NCBI GenBank assembly: GCA_964016885.1 | Contig: OZ024761.1 | Span: 21,576,001 to 21,640,000, forward strand | Direction: 5' to 3' | Length of the DNA: 64,000 nt | Origin: Eledone cirrhosa | Taxonomy: Eukaryota | Shown: piece by piece, positions 1 to 13,156 of the stretch | How the letters are laid out: every line of letters starts with the position of its first letter | Numbering within the stretch: the stretch's first letter is position 1 | Notes under the pieces: model-generated | Told to the model about the DNA's origin: nothing | Database searches by the model: none | Seen by the model: only the letters and a program-made list of their open reading frames with translations | Made by a program: the position numbers and the translations under genes

Positions 1-363
1 GTAGTAGATGTAATAGTGGTGGTGGTGGTGGTGGTGGTGGTGGTGGTAGATGTAATAGTGGTGGTGGTGGTAGTAGATGTGGTGGTGGTGGTGGTGGTGG
101 TGGTAGTAGTAGATGTAATAGTGGTGGTGGTGGTAGTAGATGTGGTGGTGGTGGTGGTGGTGGTAGTAGTAGATGTAATAGTGGTGGTGGTGGTAGTAGT
201 TGTAATAGTGGTGGTGGTGGTGGTGGTAGATGTAATAGTGGTGGTGGTGGTAGTAGATGTAATAGTGGTGGTGGTGGTGGTGGTAGATGTAATAGTGGTG
301 GTGGTGGTGGTAATAGATGTAATAGTAGTAGTAGTAGTAGTAGTAGTAGTAGCAGCAGTTGTA

Positions 364-394
<31 letters not shown>

Positions 395-452
395 CAGCAG
401 TGGTAGTAATAGTATCAGCTATAGTATTAGTAGTAGAGGTAGTATTAGTAGT
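1..452. repeat. (GTG/GTA)n compound microsatellite
   Basis: Runs of gtg/gta with a recurring gatgtaata unit; the poly-Val ORF is an artefact. Confidence 0.95.
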
Positions 453-634
453 AAGATTGATTTGTTTGACCGCCAAAGACTAACATTATCTCATCCATTA
501 GATACTGTGAACATATTCTAACGAAAGCGGCAGAATTTCATCTGAAATACAAACACTGACTGGGACCAAAGATGACCGCAGTTTTCTAGGTGTTCTTAAC
601 TAAATTACATACAATTTTTATTTTGTAGTAGAGT

Positions 635-850
635 ATAACCCTTTAGCATTGAAACCGGCCATATCCAGCCAGAATTATCGCACCTCTTTCTGTTCAAACC
701 AGCTGTAACTGGCCATTCATACTGATGTTAAGGTATTATTCTCAAAATAAATAATATCAAAATTTCATAGATCCAATGTTATGTGAGGTAAAGCCATTAC
801 CACAAAAATACAATAGTATATATAGAGTAATGTAAATGCTAAAGGGTTAA
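635..850. mobile_element. piggyBac-like MITE family A (TIR CCCTTTAGCATT)
   Basis: Terminal inverted repeat CCCTTTAGCATT...AATGCTAAAGGG with (T)TAA flanks. Same family at 15552-15780, 26519-27057, 33358-33647 and 61221-61556; partial copies at ~23690-23871, ~27765-27904 and ~41606-42240. Confidence 0.85.
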
Positions 851-889
851 GGCACTGTGGAAATGAGTTGCGACATCACTGGTGCCATG

Positions 890-1178
890 CAGGGCCGGAT
901 TTAATGGGCGCTAAAGGGGTGAAATTGCCCCAGGCACCAGCGACAGCCGTACCAATTTATTTGTGCTCTTAGCTGGGTCTTTTCAGTTTTGGGATGGCGG
1001 TTAGAATTTTTTAATTTAATACCTGGATGTATAACTTTGATATGTAAAATTGGGGCTGGGTTTACTGTGTATGGGGGCCCCTCCCTCCCCCCCAAAAAAT
1101 TGAAGTGCTAAATAACTTTGATATGTAAAATTGGGGCCGAGGTTACTGTATATGAGGACCCTTCTAAATCAAACCCTG
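890..1178. mobile_element. hAT-like MITE (degenerate)
   Basis: Imperfect TIRs CAGGGCCGGATTTA / TAAATCAAACCCTG and an internal duplication; no clear TSD. Confidence 0.5.
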
Positions 1179-1777
1179 GTAACTGCTTGGTCTTCTACAA
1201 ACAAGCCTTGACCAGGCTTGTGCCTCAGAGGGGAACTTTATAGGTGCAAAACCATGGTCATTAGTGACCAGTGGGGACCTCTAATTAATAATTGTTTCTA
1301 CTTTTGGCATAAGGCCAGCAATTACTCCAGTGTATTACTGGTACTTTATTTTATCGACCCCGTAAGGATAAAAGACAAAGTTAACCTTGGTGGGATTTGA
1401 ACTCAGACCATAAAGGGCTGTAACTCTTTGCTGACCCTCTATCGATACTGCAAATTAATAATGAAATCCTATTCTTGTAGATGTACAGTATCATTTGGAG
1501 GGATTTAGTAAATATACTTAAGTTATTGAAGTGACGTCCGAACGAGTGCCCTCCATCACCAAGTAGTTTGTCCTCTGCCCCTGGGTCCCCGTGACAGGAT
1601 GTAGAATGCATTGCAGTATATTGATTTTAGAAATATGGTAAATAAAAGAGTTAAGACCTAAAAAAAAAATCATGCAAGGGAGATGACTCTAATAATATCA
1701 GATAATCCAAATTTTTTGCAGTAGGTGTAATACATTAGACACACATGTCCATTACTTTTACCTGTTATGTGTTGTTA

Positions 1778-1990
1778 AACCACCTTTAAAACTTCCACCC
1801 TCATTAAACCACTTTCAAAACCAACCCCCACCCTCATTAAACCACCTTTAAAACTAACCCCCACCCTCGTTAAACCACCTTTAAAACCTACCCCCACCCT
1901 CGTTAAACCACCTTTAAAACCTCCACCCTCATTAAACCACTTTTAAAACCAACCCCCACATTCATTAAACGACCTTTAAAATCAACCTTT
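1778..1990. repeat. ~32-bp tandem repeat (ttaaaccacctttaaaac...ccaccctc)
   Basis: About 6-7 imperfect copies. Confidence 0.85.
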
Positions 1991-2971
1991 AAAACCAACC
2001 CCACCCCAAAAACCCCCATCTGGTTCTCTGAAATAAAAACCATGTTTTAAAAAGCTGATATTTCAAATGAACAACAACAACAACATCAACAGCAACCAGA
2101 AACACCCACACCACAACAACAACAACAACCACCACAGTCACCACAACAACAACAACCACAGTCACCACAACAACAACAACCACAGTCACCACCACCATCA
2201 ACACAACAATAACCAAAACAACAGCCAACATATATATATACCACAACCACACCACCACAATGACAACAACAACAGCCAGCATAGATATATACCACAACCA
2301 CCACATCACTACCACACCACCACCACCACATCAACAACAACAACCACATCAACAACAGCTAACATGTATATCATCATTATCATCATCATTGTTTAAAGTC
2401 TATCTTCCACGCTAGCATGGGTTAGACGGCAATTGTCCCACTTGAGGCAAGATTTGTCGGGTGACCATGTCTTGCTCGTATAGGACTATTTGGCAGGTTT
2501 TCTACGATTGGATGCCCTTCCTAACACCAACCACATTTACAGTGTGGACTGGGAGCTTTTTACCGTGTTACCTACACGGCCACATTACAGCGTGGACTGT
2601 GGGTTTTTTGTCGTGACACCTACACGACCTCATTAGTTTGGACTAGAGAGAGAGAGAGAGAGACAGAGAGAGAGAGAGACAGTGGTGTTTCTGAAGTTAG
2701 TGAAATCTAGCCACAGCTAAGAACAATAGATTATATATTAACTTCACTGGAAAAGACATAGTTTATTTTTTTTATTCAACTTTCTAATGTTTATGGAAGA
2801 CATTTTAGAGACTTGATTTGTGGAAATAGTTTCTTATTCTTTCTGTCTTCCTTTTAAAATATAGGTCAAAACTCTGAGTTGACCTCTGCAAATGTAGGTT
2901 GTAAGGCAACTATTTTTCTTAGAATTAACCAGAATTGCAGACATCTGAGAAAACAACACATACATGCATGA

Positions 2972-3134
<163 letters not shown>

Positions 3135-3363
3135 TTAGTTAAGCACAACAAGACCACAAATTTCACAAGGAAGACATTATTAAAAGATTGTCAACATATT
3201 TTAGTTTGATGTAAGGAATGTAGAGAATAATAATAATAATATTAATAATAATAATGCCTTTACACTTTGGCTTCTAACTAACTCACCAATCTCTCCTCTC
3301 ATATCTCCTCTCATATCTCCTCTCCTATCTCCATCTCTCTCTTTAAGATTGGTTACTCTTGAA

Positions 3364-3427
<64 letters not shown>

Positions 3428-3551
3428 AGGAGGTCAGTTTTATTGTAGTACAATAAAGCAATGCAGATATCGGATAAGAAGCACTCTACAGTTTGTAGGA
3501 CTGGAGTATAAATAATATATAAGATCAAAAGATGGTTAAAAGAGTTCCATG

Positions 3552-3622
3552 TATTTTATTATGCGCATTTCAAAAACAAATATCATCATGCAATAATATT
3601 TGTGTTTTCGTCAGATAAAATA
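3552..3622 (-). ncRNA. Type I hammerhead ribozyme motif (intact core)
   Basis: On -: TATTTTAT-CTGACGA-[16-bp stem II, loop GCAT]-GAAA-TGCGCAT-A-ATAAAATA. Stem I is 8 bp; stem III is palindromic ATGCGCAT. Confidence 0.8.
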
Positions 3623-3701
3623 GTGCAGTTTTAAATCAACATATGTTGATTTAATACTGCACTATTTACAAGTGTGTTTTAACCTTCATATCATGTCTCC
3701 C

Positions 3702-3772
3702 TATTTTATCTGATAAAAACGCAAATGTTATTGCATGATGATATTTGTTTTTGAAATGCGCATAATAAAATA
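3702..3772 (+). ncRNA. Hammerhead motif, core-mutated inverted copy (CTGATAA)
   Basis: Inverted duplicate of 3552-3622 with G8->A in the core. Confidence 0.65.
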
Positions 3773-3800
3773 CATGGAACTCTTTTAACCATCTTTTGAT

Positions 3801-3862
<62 letters not shown>

Positions 3863-4356
3863 TATTGAAGTTTCCGTTGAAAATTGAAAAAGTCATAGGA
3901 GTGAAGAGTGCTCTATGCCTTGACCGATGAACGAATGTTGCCAAGTTGTGAACCAAGCCAGAGCTGATGTCCATGGCTTGCTCATACAGGACTGGTTTTG
4001 GCTTGGTTTCTACGGCTGGATGCCCTTCCTAACACCAACCACATTTATAGTGTGGGGGGGGGGGGGTTGTGACATCTATGCAACCATTTTACAGTGTCTG
4101 TATATTTAGGAGAAGGTCATTCTTATATAAAACCTGTGACTTCGTTTACATCCAATGATGCTGACCAGTTCAACCTTTTTGGGCAAATGCATTCGATATT
4201 CAGAGATTGGGATTGGCTCCGTGCAAAGCCTTTCCTCACTTAAAAAAGCTTCAAGGACAGGCATTGCGTCATATGACATTTTTTGCGATTCATTGTATGG
4301 CTGGCCATAGGCAAGTCCCTAGCAGGATTAGCAGCTTCTGATTTCAACATTTATAT

Positions 4357-5320
4357 ATCATCATCACCACCACCACCATCACCACCACCACCACCATTAC
4401 CACCATCACCACCACCATCACCACCACCACCACCATCACCACCACCACCACCATCACCACCACCACCACCACCACCACCACCACCACCACCACCACCATC
4501 ACCACCACCACCACCATCACCACCACCACCACCATCACCACCACCATCACCACCACCACCACCACCACCACCACCACCATCACCATCACCACCACCATCA
4601 CCACCACCACCATTACCACCATCACCACCACCACCATTACCACCATCACCACCACCACCACCACCACCACCACCATCATCACCATCACCACCACCACCAT
4701 CACCACCACCACCATCACCACCACCATCACCACCATCACCACCACCACCATTACCACCATCACCACCACCATCACCACCACCACCACCACCACCACCACC
4801 ACCACCATCACCACCACCATCACCACCACCACCATTACCACCATCACCACCACCATCACCACCACCACCACCACCACCACCATCATCACCATCACCACCA
4901 CCACCACCACCACCACCACCATCACCACCACCACCATCACCACCACCACCACCACCACCACCATCACCACCACCACCACCATCATCATCACCACCACCAC
5001 CATCACCACCATCATCATCACCACCACCACCACCACCACCATTACCACCATCACCACCACCACCACCATCACCACCACCACCACCATCATCATCACCACC
5101 ACCATCACCACCACCACCATCATCATCACCACCACCACCATCACCACCACCATCATCACCACCATCACCACCACCACCATCATCATCGCCACCACCATCA
5201 CCACCACCATCATCACCATCATTACCACCACCATCATCACCACCACCACCACCATCACCACCACCACCATCATCACCATCATCACCACCACCACCACCAT
5301 CACCATCACCACCATCATCA
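4357..5320. repeat. (CCA/TCA)n microsatellite
   Basis: About 1 kb of cca/tca triplets; poly-Pro/Ser and poly-Val/Met ORFs are artefacts. Confidence 0.95.
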
Positions 5321-6521
5321 TCCTTCAGTGGTCATTTGAATCTTTGTAGTATGGCTAGGATTGGCTGGTATGCTGACACACACACATACACATGCATATA
5401 AACACACTATACATACACATAGACACACACACACATAAACACACTATACATACACATAGACACACACACACACACACATATAAACACACTATACATACAC
5501 ATAGACACACACACACATATAAACACACTATACATACTCATACAAACACACACATATATAAACACACTCTACATACACATAGACACACAAACAAAACACA
5601 CACACAAAAGCACACATACACAGACACACACATACCTACTATTTCAAGCGTTAAACTAATATACCTCTATGTACTGTGCTGTTTGTTTGGCCATGCTGGT
5701 TATTTCTGTTTACCATTTACATATGTACACCAGAGCATATATAACCAAACATTTACGTAGTCATTACATGAGTTCTGAGTGAGGAAAAATAATAAGAGAT
5801 GTAATTAGTATTTTAACGAGCTAATAATTAACATCTGTTCGACAACAGCATGGAATTCTGTTAGTTGTAACTCAGCTATAAGAATACAACAATTAATTTT
5901 ATATTTGTCTATATTAGTTGACAAGTAATTAGACACTTACTACAATAGCTTGTATTTAATTACTTAATACCATATATATCATCTCGATTACACTGTGTAG
6001 GTTTTCATTATATACATGGTGGCTGCCAACTCGTTTTTGAGTACGGCCACTACTTTATATCCATGTAGGAGAACCCCTACCGATGCGCTGAACGACTGTG
6101 ACTTTTTAGTCCAGCCAGCGACTTGAAAACTCTGGTACAAACACTACACTTGTGACAATTATTGACACATAGTGCTGGGCCCATGGTACCATGTGACGAC
6201 AAGTGCAGAGAGATCTCCAGATATAGAGCAATGCCTGTGCCGTGAAGCTTTTATGGTGAGCAAAGGCACTGCACAAAGCCAGTCCCACTCTCTTAACCAA
6301 GATGATATTTACCAAAACGAAGAACAAGTCAACATCATTGGATACCATCAGGGTTGCAGGTGTTATATCAGAGTTTTCCTTCTCCTAGAATTCTGCCTTG
6401 ACAAAGGCTAAGGGGTCATCTCTCCCATTATATATATATACATACATATATACATACATATATATATATAGAATAAGAAAATGTGAAGTAGTTTCAGATG
6501 TTAAGGTCCTTTATTGATAAT

Positions 6522-6596
6522 GCTGTGATACATATTTCAATGACAACAGTGGCCACACGTTTCCGTGTACCCACTGCCGTGACATCATCAGACAGC
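6522..6596 (-). ncRNA. Type I hammerhead ribozyme motif (intact core)
   Basis: On -: GCTGT-CTGATGA-[~20-bp stem II, GAAA tetraloop]-GAAA-TATGTAT-C-ACAGC. A homologous copy at 37924-37998 has CTGATGG. Confidence 0.8.
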
Positions 6597-6659
6597 TTCT
6601 TACATAAGTATATATACTCTTGCAAGCAGGGAAAAATGGATGTAAAATGAAATGAAATG

Positions 6660-6712
<53 letters not shown>

Positions 6713-6787
6713 GTATGTTTTATCTAAAGACATTTTTTTCCAATTCCATCCCGCCTGTCCCCTTAATCTATTTTATTTCTCATTCTT

Positions 6788-6823
6788 TCTTCTGATGAAG
6801 GACTAGCGTCCGAAACGTTAAGA
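6788..6823 (+). ncRNA. Minimal type I hammerhead ribozyme (Penelope-type)
   Basis: TCTT-CTGATGA-A-GGAC tagc GTCC-GAAA-CGT-T-AAGA, with palindromic ACGT stem III typical of dimeric PLE hammerheads. Confidence 0.75.
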
Positions 6824-6882
6824 CCCTCTTCCTGCTATTTCAAGTGTTAACCTAATATATCCCTAATATATATATATTTATA

Positions 6883-6972
<90 letters not shown>

Positions 6973-7097
6973 AATACATATGTACATATATATATATAGA
7001 TATATATATGTACATACATATATACATGATGATATGGTGGTGGTGGTGTTGGTAGTGATGATGATGATGATAGTGGTGGTGATGATGATGATGGTAA

Positions 7098-7143
<46 letters not shown>

Positions 7144-7771
7144 CAAAGAAGGTGTGGTAAGGAACCAGGTGGACCATAACGCACCAGAGTACTCAATACT
7201 TAGGATAGTAGAGTGGGTAATAGGAAAAAAAGCAGAACCCTGATGGCTGAGCTCTGGCTGTTTGGACAGCTAGATCCAAATGCTAGATCAGTTCTGATCT
7301 AGCTGTCGAAAGGGCCGGAGCTCAGCCGTTGAGGTCCTGACTCTTTTCCTTTCATCATCATCATCATCATTTTACGTCCGCTTTTCCCTGCTTGCAAGGG
7401 TGGGACGGGACCTGATTCTGGCTTTATATATATATAAACTAAATTTAAAAGTATTCAATATAAAGAAGTGTAGTTTGTGGTGTTGTGTGTGTGTGGGGGG
7501 GGGGGGGGGGGTAAATAGTGATGACAGTTATTGCAGGTGATAACAAAGCAATGAAAGCTGATTGTCTGGGAGGGAGAAGAAAGAAGTGATGTAAACTTTA
7601 CACTTTGTTCTCTCTTCCAACACAATGAAATGTATTAAACACATTGATGATGATGATGATCATCATCATCATTATTACTATTATTATTTTTAGTAGTAGT
7701 GATGGTGGTGGTGGTGGTGGTGGTAGTGATAGTAGTAGTAGTTTTAGTAGTAGTAGTAGCAGTAGCAGCAG

Positions 7772-7826
<55 letters not shown>

Positions 7827-8904
7827 ACAGCAGCAGCAGCAGTAGTAGTAGTAGTAATAGTAGTAGTAGCAGCAGCAGGAGTAGTAGTAGTAGTGTGGTG
7901 GATTGGCAATCGGTAAAGAGCTGGACACCATGTTTATGGTCTGAGTTCAAATCCCGTAGAGGTTAATTTTGCCTTTCATCCTTGCAGGGTCGATAAAATA
8001 AAGTACCAGTAATAGACTGGGGTTGATAAAGTACCAGTAACGCACTGTCTTGGTACCACAGAACATCCAGACCACACTGTAATGAGGATGATGAGGTTTG
8101 GTATTGAAAGGGTCAAGAAGTGTGTTTAGGGTATATTTGACCACGAGTCTGGGAGGTGTCTCAGCCACATCCAACTGACAAAAGCAAAGGTATTACCGCA
8201 GAGAATGGCCAGAGACACCCACATACATACACATGTATGCATATACACACATGCTCCAGCATGGTCACAGCCTAGGGGCTGTTTGAGGCAGTTTGGTATT
8301 GAAAGGGACCACAAGTGTGTTTAGGGCATATTTGATGTGTTCAGCGATTATTAATTCATATGCCACAAAACATCCTATCCGATATTCTAACGACTGTCAA
8401 TTTGTTGCCTTTTTTATATGTAGGTATGCCTTACATGTATACAGCTTTCGTAGTATTCCAGTTATCTATTGTGTTTTGGAATGTGTCTCTTCCAGTTGAC
8501 CTTTGATATTATTTTTAAGGTATTTAATGACTTTTTAGGGCAGAGTTTGTAAAATATGCATGTCGTCAATCCTAAATACCATAGATATGCTGTGTTGTAT
8601 GTCGGGGGGTCGGGGGGGGGGGTACTTAGGAAGTTTCTTTTGAAGTGTAGTTAGGAAGTTTCCATTGAAACCTATGTGAATGTTATGTAGACTGTAACCA
8701 GCAAGACTAGTGCTGTTGTTACTTCTAATGAGCTTAAGTAATATAATCATCATAATCATCAGAGTTTCCCATCTGACTTGAGAGTCTCCGCGCTGAAGTC
8801 TATCTCTGATAACCACGCAGTGAGTCTGTGATGTGGTAGAGTAGTGGTGTACCAAACTCAGCCAGCATAATATGCTGAAGGATTGCAGCCAAACATGTCA
8901 TACA

Positions 8905-8953
<49 letters not shown>

Positions 8954-9121
8954 ATGTATCTGTGTGTTTGTGTGTGTATATATATATATATATGTGTTGC
9001 TCTGAGTATTAATTATTTAATTAATTCTTCATCGAGCCACACCATGAATGGTTGCCATAAAACACATATATGTATCTATGACTTTGTCTAATTTATATAT
9101 ATACCCTTTAAATTTAATATA

Positions 9122-9189
<68 letters not shown>

Positions 9190-9384
9190 AATATATATAA
9201 ATATAAGAAGAATTGAGTGCTGCGTGGTTGCACATGTGTAACATATGAATAAAATTAGTCGTTCATCAGTGATTTTTCCAACTTTCATTGTTGGTTCATC
9301 GCACACACACACACACACACACACAGACACACACATATATATATAATAGAAAATATATATATATATATATATATATCATCATCA

Positions 9385-9690
9385 TCATCATCATCATTTT
9401 ATTTTACGTCCACTTTTCCCTGCTTGTAAGGGTGGGACGGGAACTGATTCTGGCTTGATGTCTACAGATGGATGCCCTTCCTAACACCAACCTCATTTAC
9501 AGTGAGTGCTGGGTGCTTTTTTTTGCCGTGGCACCTCCACGACCACTTTGCAGTGGAATGATAGGGACCCCAGTCCCTATCATCTCATTTCTACAGCTGA
9601 GTAAACTGGAGCAATGTGAAATAAAGTGTCTTGCTCAAGGAAACAACACATCACCCGGTCTGAGAATTGAACTCACAACCTTTCGATTGC
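9385..9690 (-). mobile_element. tRNA-headed CORE-like SINE with RTE-derived (ATG)n tail
   Basis: Central ...gtttccttgagcaagacactttatttcacattgctccag... block; 3' end nearly identical to the LINE tail at 38100-38146. Related copies at ~2380-2640, 14230-14530, 27440-27605, 29155-29460, 33925-34125, 43620-43815, 53595-53900 and 55395-55605. Confidence 0.75.
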
Positions 9691-10075
9691 CAGGCCAATA
9701 TATATATATATATATTTATAATGAGTAAACCTCAAAGGAAAGATTTTAGCTGAGAATAAACAATTGTGAATTTTATTTGATGAAATTGAGAAGTTGTTTG
9801 ACAGGATCTGACAAAGCGTAGTGCCATTAGATATGGATTGAATTAGGTTTAGAGATAAATAGATTATTGAAAGACTGTTCAAACTGAGTTAACCCTTTCA
9901 TGGCTGCATTTTTGATGAAATACTTTCTAGAATGTTGGATAGAATACTCAGTACTATTCATTTCAGCAGTTCTCTGCTGTCTCTTAATTCAAATCCTGCC
10001 AAGGTTAACTTTGCCTTTTATCCATTCAAGGTCGATAAACAAAGTACCAGTCAAATACTGAGTTTGATTTTTTTC

Positions 10076-10355
10076 TCAATTCTCAGACCGGGTGATGTGT
10101 TGTTTCCTTGAGCAAGACACTTTATTTCACATTGCTCCAGTTTACTCAGCTGTAGAAATGAGATGATAGGGACTGGGGTCCATATCATTCCACTGTAAAG
10201 TGGTCGTGCCACGGCAAAAAAGCACCCAGCACTCACTGTAAATGAGGTTGGTGTTAGGAAGAGCATCCAGCTGTAGAAATCAAGCCAGAATCAGTTCCCG
10301 TCCCACCCTTGCAAGCAGGGAAAAGTGGACGTAAAATGAAATGATGATGATGATG
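10076..10355 (+). mobile_element. Same SINE, inverted copy
   Basis: Near-identical reverse complement of 9400-9670. Confidence 0.8.
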
Positions 10356-12277
10356 CAATTAATTAATGAAGAATTTTGAGGGATTTACTAAAATTATTCA
10401 TTATTTCATTACTAAGATAGTAACTTAATGTAGGGTTCATATTTATATATAAATGTGTGTGTGTAAATGTATGTATATATACATACATATATATAGGTGT
10501 GTATATATATATATATATAGATAGATATATGTGTGTGTGTGTGTGTGTGTGAGTGTGTGTGTGAGTGAGTGTATAAGCACTGGTACTCATACAGCAGCTT
10601 ATGTACATCTTCACTCAACATAAGCCGATATAATTCTTCCTCTTAGCCATTTCCTCTTCTGCCAGTTGTCATCATCATCATCATCAACACGACCATCCTC
10701 ACCACCACCACCACCACCACCTCTACCACTACACCATCACCACTACCACCACCACCTCCACCACTACACCATCACCACTACCACCACCACCACCACCACC
10801 ACTACACCATCACTACCACCACCACCACCACCACCACCACTACCACCACCACTCCACCACCACCACTACACCATCACTACCACCACCACCACCACCACCA
10901 CCACTACACCATCACTACCACCACCACTCCACCACCACCACTACACCATCACTACCACCACCACCACCACCACCACCACCACTACCCCCCCCCCCCACCT
11001 TATCACATCAATACCAAAAGTTCTCACTACTTATGTGAGGTGGGGTTAAACACTTGTTTTCTTTTGCTGGAACCCATCCTCCCTCCCTCTCTCTCTCTCT
11101 CCCCCCTCTCTCTCTCTCTCTCTCTCTCTTACAGTCTCTCTCTCTTTCTCTCTCTCTTACAGTCTCTCGACCTCTCAGTCTATGTATGCATGTCATGTGT
11201 GTGTTTGTGTATATATATATATGTATATATATGTATATATATGTAATATGTGTATATATATGTATATATATGTATATATATGTATATATATATGTATATA
11301 TATGTATATATATGTATATATATGTAATATGTGTATATATATGTATATATATGTATATATATATGTATATATATATGTATATATATGTATATATATGTAT
11401 ATATATATGTATATATATGTATATATATGTATATATATGTATATATATGTATATATATGTATATATATATGTATATATATGTATATATATGTATATATAT
11501 ATGTATATATATATGTATATATATCTATATATATGTATATATATATGTATATATATGTATATATATGTATATATATGTATATATATGTATATATATATGT
11601 ATATATATATGTATATATATGTATATATATGTATATATATGTGTATATATATGTATATATATATGTATATATATGTATATATATCTATATATATGTATGC
11701 TATATTGGTGACAAAGTAGTGATTCCATCATCGTTGTTTAACCCCGAGTCAACCCAGCTTAGAGGAGGAAAATCTATAGACAAACATGCTCCAGTCCTGA
11801 CCATCCCACGAAGATCCAGTAGAGGGTGAAAGCAGAAATTCTTTGCTTAAACTTTAATCTGTACTAATAATAAATATTTGCTCTACAGATTTATATATAC
11901 TTATATATATATATATATATAACGAAGGAATTGTGGTAAGGAACCAGGTGGACCATAACGCACCAGAGTACTCAATACTTAGGGTAGTAGAGTGGGTAAT
12001 AGGAAAATGTTCAAGACCCCGACCCCACAGAAGCATTGCGGAGCCCACTGTAGTATTTTAGGGGCCAATGCTTTGCTTTCAAAAAATACCTGAAATCTAA
12101 GAGAAAGAATAAAAATTCTTTAAGAATAAATAAAACAATTAAGCAAAGCATTTGGTCAACCAAGGAGGGGGAGAAATGAGGTGCAACAGAAATGAAACAT
12201 GGATTACAGGTTAAAATATAGTCTAGATAGATGAGAAACAAAACGAGGAAGTAGTTTATGGAACACCCAAATGATTT

Positions 12278-12772
12278 AGAAGTCGACCTTAAGTAGGTGC
12301 AATAACATTAAGAAAGGCATGAACGACACCACAACACTTTGTAGTGAACATTTTGAAAGTAGGTTTATAAGTATGAATTTTCATAAGATTTTTGTAGTAG
12401 TTTCTGTGGCCCAGTGGTAAGTACTGGGGACAGTGGAGATCCTAGCCTTGGGTTCAATCCTGGTTAAGGGGTATATGTAAATTTTGTCAGTTTTTATTTT
12501 ACAACCAATAGAAAAAAACTGAAAAGGTTTACTGGGAACCCTTCTCCTGACCAGAATCGAACTTCAGACCTTGATCACCACTGTCTGTGATTCTCCCAAC
12601 TCGGCCACCAACACCTCTACAAAAGTACAATGAAAATTGATAATTATAAACCTACTTTCAAATATGGTAATGAAAGGGTTAATGACATAGACAGTGTGTT
12701 TCATTAGTTAAAAAGATATGATGTCATTCATGGCTTTCCTAGAACTATTAGTAATATTTAGGGTCGACTTCT
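12278..12772. mobile_element. Foldback element with two convergent tRNA-like heads
   Basis: Inverted arms AGAAGTCGACC/GGTCGACTTCT and TTTGAAAGTAGGTTTATAA/TTATAAACCTACTTTCAAA; A-box and B-box motifs in each arm. Confidence 0.65.
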
Positions 12773-12826
12773 GTATGTAGGTGGGCTATCATCTCCTGGC
12801 AACCAATATTTTTAGACCCAGTCCGC

Positions 12827-12865
<39 letters not shown>

Positions 12866-13090
12866 GAGGTTATATTTAATTTGTTGCGATTCAACAAGCT
12901 TAACCATTTTTATAACTAATATAAAGCACTCAACAAGTTAGTGGAGTAAATACACAATATATTAATAAATGGAAACTATATTTATAAACCATATTTATTT
13001 TATTATACATATTTCAAGGGCCACCAAGGTCCACCCGTTAAGGTTGTCTTTTTTCCAGGTATGTCAATATTTATTTATAAAACAAATCTG

Positions 13091-13156
13091 TATTTTATCT
13101 GATGAAAGCGCACCATAATTTGCCTTGGTTGCCCTTGAAATATATATAATAAAATA
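13091..13156 (+). ncRNA. Type I hammerhead ribozyme motif (intact core)
   Basis: TATTTTAT-CTGATGA-AAGCGCACCA...TGGTTGCCCTT-GAAA-TATATAT-A-ATAAAATA; a truncated inverted partner lies at ~12960-13030. Confidence 0.8.

Noticed and set aside
481-2960. Short unique stretches (~500-600, 1470-1610, 2850-2945) as exons of a fourth gene
   Set aside because: Stops occur in most frames, no recognisable protein, and no consistent phase chain
4283-5401. Extensin/formin-like poly-proline ORF
   Set aside because: Pure (CCA/TCA) microsatellite with no splice context or unique domain
4110-6420. Coding-looking segments at 4150-4270 and 6225-6345
   Set aside because: They are diverged inverted copies of one old dispersed repeat, not exons
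9225-9275. CTGATGA on - as another hammerhead
   Set aside because: No properly placed GAAA or stems; the same applies to CTGATGA near 40510 and 48085
12399-12615. Functional tRNA genes
   Set aside because: A and B boxes are present, but acceptor and anticodon stems do not pair properly; treated as tRNA-derived repeat heads
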